The notes under the pieces: model-generated
Database searches by the model: none
Told to the model about the DNA's origin: nothing
What the model saw: the letters and a program-made list of their open reading frames with translations, nothing else
Made by a program: the position numbers and the translations under genes
Origin: Vicugna vicugna
Taxonomy: Eukaryota
DNA: 64,000 nt
Assembly (NCBI GenBank): GCA_013265495.1
Contig: MU058444.1
Span: 1,550,001 to 1,614,000 of the forward strand
Direction of reading: 5' to 3'
Shown here: positions 25,861-38,760 of the stretch, piece by piece
Layout of the letters: every line of letters starts with the position of its first letter
Position numbering within the stretch: the first letter of the stretch is position 1

Positions 25861-26119
25861 AAGAACTTCTCACAGTCATTAAAATTAGACACCTCAATAT
25901 CCTCTTTTCACTCTTTAAGCCTTTCTACACATGTGCAACCAATTTCTAATACACCCAGTTTGAAATACCTGGTGGATTTTCCATAGCCGAGAGAGACTGC
26001 CTTCGAAGGAATTTCTGGGTTGGGGAAGGGCTTTGTTTATAGTTCACTGATATTATTTTTTTGTTTGTTTTCTTCTTTTTTCTAACTGAAGTATAGTCAG
26101 TTTACAATGATGTGTCAGT

Positions 26120-26540
26120 TACAGTTCATTTATTAATGTAATATTTCTAAGGCGAATACTGGGTTCCTGGGACAGACAGTGAATATATAATGATGAAAAA
26201 GACAGAGTTCCTGCCGTTAAGTGTTCACAATCAATGGGTGAGGTAAATATTTAAGCCAGTAACCACTCCAAGTAGATAAGCTCTCTAACCCAGGACTGCT
26301 GGAGGGGAGACCTGAGAGCATTCCAGATCACACAGACATCTTAAGGAGAGGAGGACATCCTGGCAGAGGAAAGGACATCTGAAAGAACCTCAGAGATTCA
26401 AGGGATGTTACCCATGGATAGGAGAGCAATACACATTGAAGCCAAACGGCCAAACATGGATGGTCCTGAGTGACACACCAGTTAATTTCAAATTCACCCG
26501 AAAGGGATGGAGAACCGCTGAAGGGTTTTTAAAAGATATT
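26120..26540 (-). mobile_element. L2 LINE 3' fragment
   Basis: ttcatttattaatg...aaaaagacagagttcctgcc...ggagaaccgctgaagggttttt is L2 in reverse. Confidence 0.6.
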
Positions 26541-26689
26541 CCCTTTTTAATGCTACTTGTGCGATATATACATGTATGCATAAAAAGACATCCCTGAGCC
26601 CCTAAACCCACCTTCCAGAAATGTTTTTTACATCTCCTTCCAGAAAGAGGTTGAATAAAGTATGAATCCAGAGTCAACACTAATACAGA

Positions 26690-26922
26690 TCTTATTACAT
26701 GTCAGACGCTGTTTGAAGTAAGGCATCTTTAGTAACCCATTTAGTCCTTACAACAGCCTTACTCTGATAGTTACTGCTATCATTTCCATTTTACAAAGAG
26801 GAAATTGAGGCACAGAGAGAAAACCAACTTGCCCAGGGTGCGAGAACTAGTAAGTGGTAGAGACAGGCTTTGAACCCAGCAAACACGGGTCCACATCTAT
26901 GCTGCTAAACCACTATGCTACG
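26690..26922 (-). mobile_element. MIR SINE, near full length
   Basis: catttccattttacaaagaggaaattgaggcacagaga...acttgcccaggg...tttgaacccag...aaccactatgcta. Confidence 0.88.
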
Positions 26923-27326
26923 TTGTCTCCGATATTTATGCGAGTTTGTAGGTACGCCTGCAAACAACAGGAAATAAATATCCTAACACAAGTGACTCAT
27001 TCATGCTCTTCATTTCACTCTGCACCTTGTTCTTTCAATTAATGATACACCTTGAAGGTAGTGCCTGTCAACACATTTTGGTTCACTTTATTCTTAAGAC
27101 GGCGCAGTAATCCATTATGTTAACATTCCAAACAATACTTGAAACACATTTTTGTTGATTCATATTAACATTCATTACAGGTTTGGGTCTTAGGAACAAC
27201 GCTGCAACAAAAATTACGGCCGAGGAATTGCTCCCAGGGAATATTTATTATTAAAAATATCACACCACTGTCACAAATAGAGATGCTCAACAGCCCGCTC
27301 ATCAGGGTACCTATCCTCCCAATGGT

Positions 27327-27584
27327 TCTTTTTTTATGGCTGATCAATTTTTTTTAATATATATGTTTTTATTGAAGTGTAGTCAGTTACAATGTTGTGT
27401 CAGTTTCTGGTGTACAGCACAGTGCTTCAGTCGTACATGAACACACATATACTCGTTTTCATATTCTTTTTCACCATAGGTTATTACAAGATATTGAATA
27501 TAGTTCCCTGTGCTGTACAGTAGTGCAACTTTTTTATCTATTTTATATATAGTAGTATCTACAAATCTCGAACTCCCAATTTAT
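27327..27584 (-). mobile_element. 5'-truncated L1 3'UTR
   Basis: Poly-T followed by ttattgaagtgtagtcagttacaatgttgtg...ttccctgtgctgtacag. TSD CCAATGGT at 27319-27326 and 27585-27592. Confidence 0.88.
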
Positions 27585-28164
27585 CCAATGGTGAGTTTTC
27601 ATCACATTTTGTCTTAATTTTTTTTGCCCATCTGATAAGTAAAAAGTGATCCCCATAGGATTTGAGAAATAGCCTGATGGGATGAAATGTGTGTTTTAGA
27701 AAGATCAGGTGGAGGCAGGAGGCAGTATGGGGGTTAGCTTGGTCACGCCAAGACTCAAGGCAGAACAGACAGGTAAGAGACAATTACAACAGACTATGTA
27801 AGAAATAAGCATGACTTACCCAGAGCAGTGCCCTGACTGTATTAGGAGGAATAAACAAGAGAGAGGTGACATCAGAAAGGCCAGCTGAGTAAGTAGACCC
27901 TTGTTCATAGTATTTAATGTGGGCGATTTAAGATGGGCGAGAGGGAGGACGGGTTCAATGTATCTCCCTAGCTTTCTGAGTTACGAAGCTCAAGGATTTT
28001 AAAGATAACCATTCTATGAACCCCAGAAGAAGGCAAGGAGCTGGGGGTACGGGAGAGGCAATGGGATGAAAAAAGTCCTTTACAAATCTCAGATTCTATT
28101 GTTTATTTCTAGAAAACTACTTCCATCTGTGGCCGAGGCTATTTCAGAATCTTCATTTATCTTT

Positions 28165-28354
28165 TTTTCCTTTTTTTTTAATTAAGTTATAGTCAGTTTA
28201 CAGTGTTGTCTCAATTTCCAGTGTCGAGCACAACTTTCCAGTTATACGTGAACACACATATATTCATTGTCACGTTCTTTTTCGCTGTGAGCCACCACAA
28301 GATCATGTATATATTTCCCTGTGCTATACAGTACAATCTTGTTTATCTATTCTA
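28165..28354 (-). mobile_element. 5'-truncated L1 3'UTR
   Basis: Same 3'UTR family as the 14 kb L1, flanked by a CAT(T/A)TATCTTT direct repeat. Confidence 0.88.
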
Positions 28355-28838
28355 CATATATCTTTAACGTCACTTAATGAATCACTGAATTTTGCAGCGA
28401 TGTGGAGACCCTTAAATCACATCACCCAGCACGTGCAGGAAGCCGGAGCATTCTGTTAGTATCCTGCCATCTAGTGAGTAACACTCATCTGTGCAGCTTG
28501 GCCCATAAACGGCTACTTCAGAGAACCCTGAATTTTCTGCCTTTTCATCATAGATCTTTTCAGTTTCCACATCATAGAAAAGTAACCTGAATTGTGTCCC
28601 ATTTGGGGCAAAAATCTAATCTCATAAGGATTAAATTCTTAAACACAGAGGAAAGAATGAAGGCATAGAACCTATCAGCTTAATCCCAAAATTTGATCCC
28701 AGGCTCATCTTGAAAATGCGTGTCAAGTCATGGGGAAAGTAGCTGGGAGTTTCCTTTACACCACTAATTAAAAATGACAACAAAAACACAAAATCAAAAC
28801 ATTTACTCATTAGCAACGTTCTTCTCTGTAATAAGTCT

Positions 28839-28954
28839 TTTTTTTTAAATTAATTTAGTTTTCCTTTTTTTTAAATGGAAGTACTGGGGATAGAACTTAG
28901 GACCTTGTGCGTGCTAAGCATGTGCTCCACCACTGAGCTATACCCACCCTCTCC
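28839..28954 (-). mobile_element. tRNA-Ala-derived SINE
   Basis: Reverse complement of the SINE head (cactgagctataccc, gtgctaagcatg, gtactggggatagaac) with a T-rich tail. Confidence 0.9.
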
Positions 28955-28999
28955 TTTTTAAATTGTCTTTTTTTTAGTTTGTGTTTTTGTATGTGTGGG

Positions 29000-29739
29000 T
29001 TTTTTTTAACATTTTTTATTGATTTATAATCATTTTACAATGTTGTGTCAACTTCCAGTGTTCAGCCCAATTTTTCAGTCATTCATGGACATATACTCAC
29101 TCATTGTCACATTTTTTTCTCTGTGATTTATCATAACATTTTGTGTATATTTCCCTGTGCTATACAGTGTAATCTTGTTTATCTATTCTACAATTTTGAA
29201 ATCCCAGTCTATCCCTTCCCACCCTCTCCCTGCCTGGTAACCACAAGTCTGTATTCTCTGTCCGTGAGTCTATTTCTGTCCTGTATTTATGCTTTGTTTT
29301 TGTTTGTTTGTTTGTTTTTGTTTTTGTTTTTTAGATTCCACATATAAGCGATCTCATATGGTATTTTTCTTTCTCTTTCTGCCTTACTTCACTTAGAATG
29401 ACATTCTCTAGGAGCATCTATGTTGCTGCAAATGGCATTATGTTGTCAGTTTTTATGGTTGAGTAGTATTCCATTGTATAAATATACCACATCTTCTTTA
29501 TCCAGTCACCTGTTGATGGACATTTAGGCTGTTTCCATGTTTTGGCTATTGTAAATAGTGCTGCTATGAACATTGGGGTGCAGGTGTCATCCTGAAGTAG
29601 ATTTCCTTCTGGATACAAGCCCAGGAGTGGGATTCCTGGGCCATATGGTAAGTCTATTCCTAGTCTTTTGAGGAATCTCCACACTGTTTTCCATAGTGGC
29701 TGCACCAAACTGCATTCCCACCAGCAGTGTAGGAGGGTT
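29000..29739 (-). mobile_element. 5'-truncated L1 (ORF2 C-terminus plus 3'UTR)
   Basis: ORF 29418-29708 gives [13 protein letters not shown]...PMFIAALFTIAKTWKQPKCP, the L1 ORF2p C-terminus. Poly-T at the left end. Confidence 0.95.
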
Positions 29740-29887
29740 TTTTGGGTTTTGTTTTTTATTTTAAATTTTTGGGGGTGGGGAGGTAATTAGGTTTATTTAT
29801 TTATTTAATGGAGGCATGGGGGACTGAACCCAGGACTTCATGCATGCTAAGCACACACTCTACCACTGAGCTATATCATTCCCCCCC
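29740..29887 (-). mobile_element. tRNA-Ala-derived SINE
   Basis: aggtaattaggtttattt tail plus gaacccaggac...tgctaagca...ctaccactgagctata head in reverse. Confidence 0.9.
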
Positions 29888-30899
29888 ATAATATGTAACA
29901 TTAAGTAAACAATTTTCATCCATTCATGGAGCTATACTTAATACTATCAAAACATATCTGAAAAATTATCCTACCTGACACATGAGGGAATGTATTTGAA
30001 TGTTGTATATTATGAAAATTTTGTTTTCCTATATTTCTACGAAATCCTTTGCTGATTTCTCCGAAGTTGACTGCTTGTTTTGTGCAACAAATATACTTTT
30101 GTGTGGTTAATGCATATCAATTATCACACCTTATATATATACACTTTAAAATTATTTTTTGCAAGCCTAATTCCCCAAAGGGCCTATAATGTCTTGATTA
30201 AAGAGACAATGTCATAAACAGGTTTACATCCCCTCTAATTCTCATGATGTATATAGTAGCTATGAGTTTTCAATAAATGTTAATGAATGAGTGATTTGAA
30301 ATGATTGAAAAGGATGACGGCAAATGTTTGAAGTTTCACTAATTTTTTATTCAAATTATATTAATATGCAATTTAAAATAAGCACTTAGCTTTCTTAATT
30401 AAGCCTAGAAGAGAGAGAGAACATAATTCCCGGGTCCCCGTGGGGCACTAACATATAGATGTCTGCTCATTAGAGTTATGAGAGGTAGGTAGACAAAAAC
30501 CCTCCTTTGAAATTTGTCCTCAGGTGATGGCAGTGTCCCCAGGCTTGTTCACTTCTTTCCTTCAGCAGATCTCTGTGGTCCATCTGTTGAACGTGAATGC
30601 TGAGAAGCTTCCAAAATGAGCATGTCTTATGTGTATGTATCTTCACACAGGTCAGCAGAATATATAAACTTGAGCTATATCAGATGGTCAGCTGAAATCG
30701 TTCCCAAGAGAGTGCTTCATTGCCCTGTGGATAATGATTATGGCTGAAGCCTCAAAATTACAAAATCTGTCCTAAGAATTTGATTGACACTAGTAACGTA
30801 CAGTGGTTGCAAAACCTCTTGATCCATCTACATGTCTAACCTCTAATTTTACTCTATCCGAATGAATTCTAAGGACTTCAGATAAGGGTCCCATCTTCT

Positions 30900-30995
30900 T
30901 TTTGTGTTTTTTTTTAATTGAAGTACTGTCAGTTACAATGTGTCCAGCACAATGTCTCAGTCATGCATGTATATACATATATTTCTTTTCATTTC
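30900..30995 (-). mobile_element. short L1 3' terminus
   Basis: Poly-T, then aattgaagtactgtcagttacaatgt...cagtcatgcatgtatatacatat. Confidence 0.75.
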
Positions 30996-32263
30996 CTTAA
31001 AGCGCTCATACCAACTTCTGTTCCTTTGGGCAGCTGTTGCCATTTTTCTTTTCATTTTAGCACCTCTGCTTTTAAAAAAACAAGGCTGAGTACTTTGGGG
31101 GTCTTTACTTGTTTGTGTATTTCACAGAGCCCTTTCCCTGTTTATCTAGTTATTACTGAGGCCACAGAAAAAGAAGGAAAGTACCATTTCTCTTAGGAAA
31201 CTTAGTCTACTTTAAAATTGATGACTGATCCCTATGATATCCCTTTTCCATACCTATTGTCTCTTGGACAGCGGTGTGTCTCAGCAAAACTTAGACATGA
31301 CCAAAGTCATCTTCCTGGGCAGGCAGAGTCCCATCAGCATAACTTGATGGCGGGCTCAGGAGAGGGAATGAAACACATTCCACTTTTCCCCTTCTGGGAC
31401 CTTCTCTCATTCTCCTCTTTCCCAGTGGCTTTTCCTCAAGAAACACCCATGTTCTGCTCCATCAGGCAGTGATGTTATAGGGCACACTCTGTCACTGAAG
31501 CTGGGGTGGGTGGGGATGGAGCTACAGTCATCCAGCTCTGGCTACGGACAGTAACTTAAATTTAGAACGGATTATTAGAAAATGCCATTTGGCCCCAGAT
31601 CCCAGCCATAATTGGGATCTTAACTCAGCTTTATCTGTAATAAGCTGATGTACTGACAGGCGTTTGCCGGACGCTTGGGTTCCCCTAGATGGCAGGTGCT
31701 TCTCCGGGAGCCAGTCTTTTTTGGGTGACCTGGAACCAGCTGTTTCTGCTGCATTCAGGAAGGTAAGTAGAGTCAAGTGAGGGATGGAATCTGTCTGGTT
31801 CTTTTCATGAAGTCACTGTCATCTGGAAACCAACATCCTGAGTACTTCCAACCTCTGTTCTGTTCGTTTCCCTGGATCCATCCATTTATTCATATTCCAG
31901 TAAAACACAGGTTTCACTTCTGTACATTATATGGTAAGTTAACCTCTGGTGGGGGCTGGTGCACTTTTATTTTTCACCCTCTTAGAAGTTGTCCTGTGTG
32001 TTTTCACATGTTAATTTACTTTCAAATAAATTTTAGTATCAATTATCTCTAACTAAAAATAACTTCTTTTATTTGCATTGGTATTGTATTATGGAGATTT
32101 ATTAAGGGAACATAAATTAAGAGAGTGTTAATACCTTTAGTTCAAGTGGAAATAGTTCATTTTTTATGGAAATGTTTCCATGTGCTGTGGCAATGATGCT
32201 GTATTTTAAAAGTATTTTTGTGTTTCTTCTGGCTGTTTTCCGCCATTAAAATATCAACATGTT

Positions 32264-32443
32264 GTGGGGAGGGTATAGCTCAGGGGTAGAGCACTTGCTT
32301 AGCATGCACAAGGTCCTGGGCTCAATCTGCAGTACCTCCATCAAAAAAAAAATTTAAACAAATAAGTAAATAAATCTAATTATCTCCCTCCTCCAAAAAC
32401 AAAACTTTAAAAAAGAAGTCCTAATAAATAAAATTTTTGAAAA
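32264..32443 (+). mobile_element. tRNA-Ala-derived SINE
   Basis: GGGGAGGGTATAGCTCAGGGGTAGAGCACTTGCTTAGCATGCACAAGGTCCTGGG head with an A-rich tail, flanked by an imperfect ATTAAAA..CAACAT repeat. Confidence 0.92.
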
Positions 32444-33003
32444 ATTAAAAACCAACATATCTTTATTAAAAAAAGAGAGAGTGTTAATCATACTACACTA
32501 TTGAATATTCTTCTCCAGAACACGGTATGTCTTTGTCTCTGTTTTCATTTGGGTCTCTTGCATTCCCTTCATTAGATTTTGACAGTTACTTTTATATTGG
32601 TAGTGTGCAATCCCTACTCACTTTATCCATAGGTAAATTATTTTCATTTTTATGAAATGTTGTATTCTAATATATCTTCTGTCCAGTTATTACCTGTATG
32701 AAGAATGCTAAATTTTTTTCTTATTTGTTTTCTAAGTAACTCACTCAATTCTGTAATCATTTTTACTATTTTCTCAGTTCAGAAGACATGTTCTCATGTC
32801 TTCCAGGGATGCATCTGCAAAGGCTGAAGATCTGCACCCTTGCCATTTATTTTGTGCTCCTTTCTAGCTAAATGAGCAGATACTTCAGGAACAGCCCTAA
32901 CGATGGTGCTAATGGCAGCTCCCTCGCCTTCATCACAGCTGAAGGGGATAACGCCGGCCATTCATTTGAAACATACATGTCACTGCTGTATTTAAAGTGG
33001 CTG

Positions 33004-33063
33004 CCTTTCTCCCTTTCTCCCCTTCTCCCCCTCCTCTTCCTTTCTTTCTTCTTCCTTTTCTCA
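33004..33063 (+). repeat. pure polypyrimidine tract (~60 nt)
   Basis: Only C and T on the + strand; H-DNA potential. Confidence 0.85.
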
Positions 33064-34581
33064 CTAGAAAACAAAACATCTTAACAAAACTGAGGATAAC
33101 AAAGACAATGTTCCAGTCCAAACTGAAAAATAAGTTGTCAGATGTGAAAAACAGAGACAATACACCATGACACTTCTCCCCTGAAACGGGCCCAAACTCT
33201 AATGGATGCTCAAGGAAAACCCTGCAGCTCCAAGTAAGGAACCTTAAGGAGCTTTACCAGTGAACATACAATCCCAGAAGAGAAGTTTTCTCAGGAAAAT
33301 TTTGAGCTGGAGGGAAATAAGCAGGAGTTGACCGATGTAGGCATGACGGCTAACCCAACATTCAGCAAGGACCTTCATCCAATAAGGAAACTCCAGAATA
33401 GACGGAGGCTCTGCAGATACTCTGAAGACACCAAGTTATTGTTTACTGGAAAGTCCAGGGCACCTGGCTCGATACTGCTGCTGAAGAAAGGGCTTTTGAC
33501 AGGGAGGATCCACAAGCTACCTTCCTGAAACATCACTTAATGCACTGTTTCAAAGCTTAATCAAGGTCAAGTTAATGCAGAAATGTCCGGTCATAAAATT
33601 CCTCTGCAGAAAGACGGCCGAGCTCTGTCACCCCAAGCTGGCGGGTTATGTATCCATTCCTGATGATTGATCCAATGATGTTCTCTTCTAAGCTTAACAA
33701 AGGGAAATGTCTAAAATAGATGTGTGCCTCTGGATAATCACCCGCCTGGTTCTAGCACAGCAGCCGAGTTTTCTAGAAACACATCTGTCTCTGATCTGAG
33801 TTCCACAGCCAATCATTACTGAGACATGACCAAGATGACTTCTTTTTATTTAGTCCCTTTCCCTGTGAGCTGCAGATCTGAATACCCTTTGATCAGAGTT
33901 GTGTCAAGAAGTTGCTGAAAATTTCAGACCTGCCTCCTTCTGGTGCTGAGACACCAACTGAGCGGTAAAGAGAAAGCTGTCTCCCATCTGGACACTAGAG
34001 ATGCTTCTTTGATGCACAGAAGCTAAGACATTTCTCTGCTCATGCTGTGAGTGGCCAAAAGCCTCGTTCCCCTATGGATAAAGGAGCAGAGAGACCAACA
34101 GCCTTGATTCACCCGGGACTGCCCTCACTTCAGCACTCAAAGTCCCACGTGCCAGGAGACTCCCAAACAAACCATAGCAATTAGCAATTCTCTTTTTTCC
34201 CTCCTGAATCTAAAGGATGTATGCCCTGGTATTATGAGAATAGCCCTGATCTGGAGAATAACGTGTGTTGTTTAGACAGATTTGTACATCGTATCTGGGC
34301 CCTAACATATCTCCCTGCCTTGGAACGAAATTTACTCTGGAATTAATTTTTTTTCTGATTACTATGTTTGCCCTTTTTAACACAACTTATTTTTCACTAC
34401 CCTGGCCTTGGACATTCTTAAAGCAAATCATTCAACTCTGATCATACGTTTTTAACTAAATGCAGACCACCATTTAAATAACTGTCTACAGCTCTTGCAT
34501 TGGGCAAGACAAAATACTTGTGCTTTATTTCAGTTAATGAAGCTCAGGATAGTGACAAATGATATAATAAGAATTTAAATT

Positions 34582-34888
34582 AATTCTTCACAAAGCCACG
34601 TCTATCCTGGAACCCTCCCCAGGGAAAGGTGTTCTATTTTTATTTCTGAATAGAGGTCCCTCTCGTCTCTAATTCCCATGTTTGGTTAAGCTCTATGGAA
34701 TTTTTCTTTCCTTCCTGGATTTTCTTTTGATGCCCTACATGAATAATTCTTTTTTAAGAGAGAGAAAAGATGGGGGGGAAAGGGAGGGGGGGAGACAAAA
34801 TAATATAAATGAATATACTTGCTGAGAGAAAAAGGGAAAAAGTATATTAAAGATATATTCTATGGGGAGGAAAAATATTCATATAAAA
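34582..34888 (+). repeat. dispersed duplication, copy 1 (partner 35592-35904)
   Basis: Collinear match from AATTCTTCACAAAGCCACGTCT to ATATTAAAGATATATTCTA..GGGAGGAAAA.TATTC.TATAAAA. Confidence 0.92.
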
Positions 34889-35591
34889 TCTAACTGAGAT
34901 CCAGTGGAAGCAAAAAGTTAAGATCTTCACGTCAATTAATTAACTGTGTATTCTTGAAATCCATTGGTTACAGTGGACTCTGGGTTAATGTGATCCTTTA
35001 AATACTAGGTTGCCAAAAATTGAAGCAATGCCAATTCTAAGTGTTTTCCAATTAAAATTACAAGTAAAACAGAACAAAGCGAAAAGCAGATTTGGAGACT
35101 TGGGGAAACTTTTCGGCAAACGACTGAGACGGAAACTCGGTTTAGTTCCCCGTTTAATCGTGACCGCGAGGCGGGGTTCAGAAAGTCATCTTCACGCCCT
35201 GAGCTTCTCTAGTCAGAGGAGAAGATTCATTTGTATGCTCCAACACCTTTTTCCGGTTTTTAAAACAACATTATCTTAAATTTTACGGAAAAAAAATTCA
35301 TTTTTTTAAAGAAGAGAATTTAAGTCACCCACGATCGCTAATATCAGATTTTCTGTTTCATATTTTTGCAACACACTTTATATCGTACTTGGAAATGCAT
35401 ACTTAAAGGGGAAAGAACAGAATTAGATTCACACTGGGCCTGATTTTCTGTGGTGGGGGCAGTGGTGAGGATTGAGGGGGTAGTCTTACTGGAAAAATAA
35501 TCTGGAGTAATTCCGAGGGAAATTGCACTCCCGGAATGAGGAGTGACCACTGCCAGGAGAGCTATACGGTCTACTCTGCCATCTATTCCGA

Positions 35592-35904
35592 AATTCTTCA
35601 CAAAGCCACGTCTGCCCTGAAACCCTCTGCAGGGAAGGGTGTTCTATCTTTTTTCTAAATAGAGGTTCTTCTGGTCTCTAATTCCCATGCTTGGTTAGGC
35701 TCCATGGAATTTTTCCTTCCTGCCTGGCTTCTCTTTTGTTGCCCTATGTGAATAATTCTTTTTCTTAAAGGAGAGAAAATGTAGGGGAGGAGAGTGAGAA
35801 AAAAAAAAAAGAAAAAATGATAATAATATATATACTTGCTGAGAGAAAAAGGAAAAATGTATATTAAAGATATATTCTACAGGGAGGAAAATATTCTTAT
35901 AAAA
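35592..35904 (+). repeat. dispersed duplication, copy 2 (partner 34582-34888)
   Basis: Collinear with copy 1, offset about 1010 bp. Confidence 0.92.
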
Positions 35905-36742
35905 AACGAACTCATTTTGCTAAACAAAAAATGAACTGAACATACCTTAACAATTACCTTGTGAAAATGAATACTTATTATTACATTTGTGTCAAATCGT
36001 AAGATTATTACTTAAGTGGAAAGCATTGGCATGCTTGACCTCCTTCTGTAGCCTTAAGATAGGCTTCCCTGTAATTCAGTTAAGAAAGTTGATCTGAAGA
36101 AATCCAGGCTCAAAATATGCCAGTCTGATTGAGAATGAGTTCTCTGAAAATTAGAATAATAGCCAACACATATAAATTATGGAACTAATTACTATATTGG
36201 ACATAACGTTTGTCAGACATTATTTTAAAAATAGAAAGCAATTAGAATGGACAGTCTACAGAAATGCTTGATCTGAGTAATTATTTTGAATAAAACTGTA
36301 CAAATTATGGCTAAGCATATGCGATTAGTAGCTTCTCAGTCTTAGCTAGATGGTTTTGAATTTATCATTAAATATATTGGTCTTTATTTTGTTTTCTGAT
36401 GACATTTTTATGCATTAACTTTCTCCTGATTTAAATTACGGGGTAACTTTAATCATTTTCTGCCCTAGAAGAGGAAGAACAAATTTCACGCCAATCGAGG
36501 CATAGCCAGCTCTTTCATGAAGTAGATACATGAGCTACACCGTTTGGTCTTTAGCTGTGAAACCGATTGATGAACTCCAAGGCTCAGAGATAGCTTTGCT
36601 GGAACAGAGAGACTCTTCCAGCAGAGGTAGGGAAGAATGAGGGGTAAGAGAGAAAATAAAATAGATACCTTTATTCCTTATTTTTCTTATAAAATAGGGT
36701 AATGGTAGAGGAAAAGCACATGAGAAAATAAATTAAAACCCA

Positions 36743-36885
36743 TAGCTCACAGAGAAAAAAAATGTGACAATGCTTATATGTATGTTCATGTATAACTGAA
36801 AAATAGTGCTCTACACTGGAGTTTGACACAACATTGTAAAATGATTGTAACTCAATAAAAAATGTTAAAAAAAATAAAACAAATT
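36743..36885 (+). mobile_element. short L1 3' terminus (same family as 14154-17252)
   Basis: Near-identical to 17092-17228. TSD AAATTAAAA(C/T)CCA at 36730-36742 and 36886-36898. Confidence 0.9.
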
Positions 36886-37329
36886 AAATTAAAATCCAAA
36901 AGGTATTCCTTTAGCACTCTCAGTTGCTCATTTTTTTTTTACCAGGATATTATGTTTCTCTGGATTTAATCTTCCAAAAGAAAAAAAAATCTTTAATGCG
37001 TGCCATTGTTTTTATTTTAACCAATTTTTAAAATTTTGTTTATTAGTTTTGGATACAGTAAAACTTGATTGCAATTCTGGGGCAAAGAGGAAGAATAATT
37101 TTCATGTGATGAGTGCTTTTTATTCCCTAATTTATGTTGTGATGGAAAATGTTTTTTGCAATCACAAGACTCACTTTGTCTTATTATGTTATGTAGACAT
37201 AATTTTCCATGCCCTGAACCAAACTCTGAGTTAGAACGTGAAGTTTTTCATGGGGCAGCAGTAGAGTGAGAATAAGAGGGTAGGAAGAAAGCCAGCTGGG
37301 AGTTGAAGGACACCTGTGATTGACCCAAG

Positions 37330-37502
37330 TTCTTCCACCTGGGAACCTGGTTTCCAACTGACTCGAGGTGGGAAACTTAGCAGCCCAGAGGCTCACACCC
37401 CTCGTCTCTAAACGGAAATAATGATACCTGCCCAGCGGGGTGGCTGTCAGGGCTAAGTACTTAACACACCTGGCACTTATGAAGCATTCCACAAATATTA
37501 GA
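37330..37502 (+). mobile_element. MIR SINE
   Basis: ctcgtctctaaacggaaataatgatacctgccc...ggctgtcagggctaag...aacacacctggcac. Confidence 0.6.
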
Positions 37503-38404
37503 ATACGCCTCATTCCTTTCCCCTCCAAAGTATATTTTACCAATAAGGACATTTTCAGTGAAGCATTGATGCCAGTAAGACAAAAAAATAAGGTATAGAG
37601 AACTGCAAGATTTCTTCCTAGATAATTTATTTTAAAATAAGAAGCAAATGGATACCATATCCAAACCAGTCAGTACTTTTTTTCCCACCTGAGAAAACAT
37701 ATCTCGTAACACTTTACTTCATTAACCAACTTAACAGCAGATACCTCCCTAATTCCCCTGGGCGCTGTGATTATTAAAATCCTTGGCAGCTTGATGTGCT
37801 GGAGATGAGAACAGATTCACTTGATTATAACCAGTGAGGCATGCTTTATTGGAATACTACCTTGCCTCTAATTACTTGGGTGTAGCGTGTCAAAAGTAAC
37901 AAATAAAAGACTTAACTTTTTATAACTTTTTCCTCCCACTTTATCCATTCTAGCCTTCAATATCCTCAAAAGTGCTTTGTGTACTCCAGAGAAACCTGGA
38001 CTTCGAAATCTTCGCATTTCAATGTAAAAATGTCCATAATATTTTAACTTTGCCAAAGTTTGAGCCAAATAAGAATCTTTTGTTAGCTTTCCATCAGATG
38101 GCAAATTCTACCCAACGATTTTTCATGTGTTTATAAAGATGTTCTGTTAGCAACACTTGACTCTTCCCCGCCAATTGTGGAAACACAAAGAAACGCACGC
38201 CAACTGGAGGGCCCAGCCAACAGCCTCAGCGCTCCTCCTTTTAACAACTTCAGATAATAAACAACTTCTTTGGGCCAGATTTGTAGAATGAATTGATTTC
38301 TAAGTGCCTTTTTTCCCATCTGTTTCATGTATTTTTATATACTTCGTTGCATTTACTGCTGTCTATAAATTATATATGTTTCATTTTTTAATTTTTGGAG
38401 TATT

Positions 38405-38760
38405 CTTTTTTTAATTGAAGCATAGTTGATCTACAATGTTTCAGGTATACAGCAGTGATCCAATTATACATATATATATATATTCTTTTTCAGATTCTTT
38501 TCCATTATAGGTTATTACAAGATATTGAACATAGTTCCCGGTGCTGTACAGGAGGTCTGTGTTGTTCATACAGTAGTGTGTATACGTTGCTCCCAAATTC
38601 CTGATTTATTCCTCTCCCCTCATTTCTCCTTTGGTAACCGGAAGTTTGTTTTCTATGTCTGTGAGTCTATTTTTGTTTTATAAATAAGTTATTTGTATCA
38701 ATTTTTTTTAGATTCCACATGTAAGTGACATCACATGGTACCTTTCTGTCGGACTTACTC
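38405..38760 (-). mobile_element. L1 3'UTR fragment
   Basis: aattgaagcatagttgatctacaatg...ttggtaaccggaagtttgttttctatgtctgtgagtc...tagattccacatgtaagtgacatcac. Confidence 0.9.

Noticed and set aside
35160..35180. snRNA promoter PSE-like motif (GTGACCGCGAG)
   Set aside because: Only a partial match, and no snRNA sequence follows at the expected distance.
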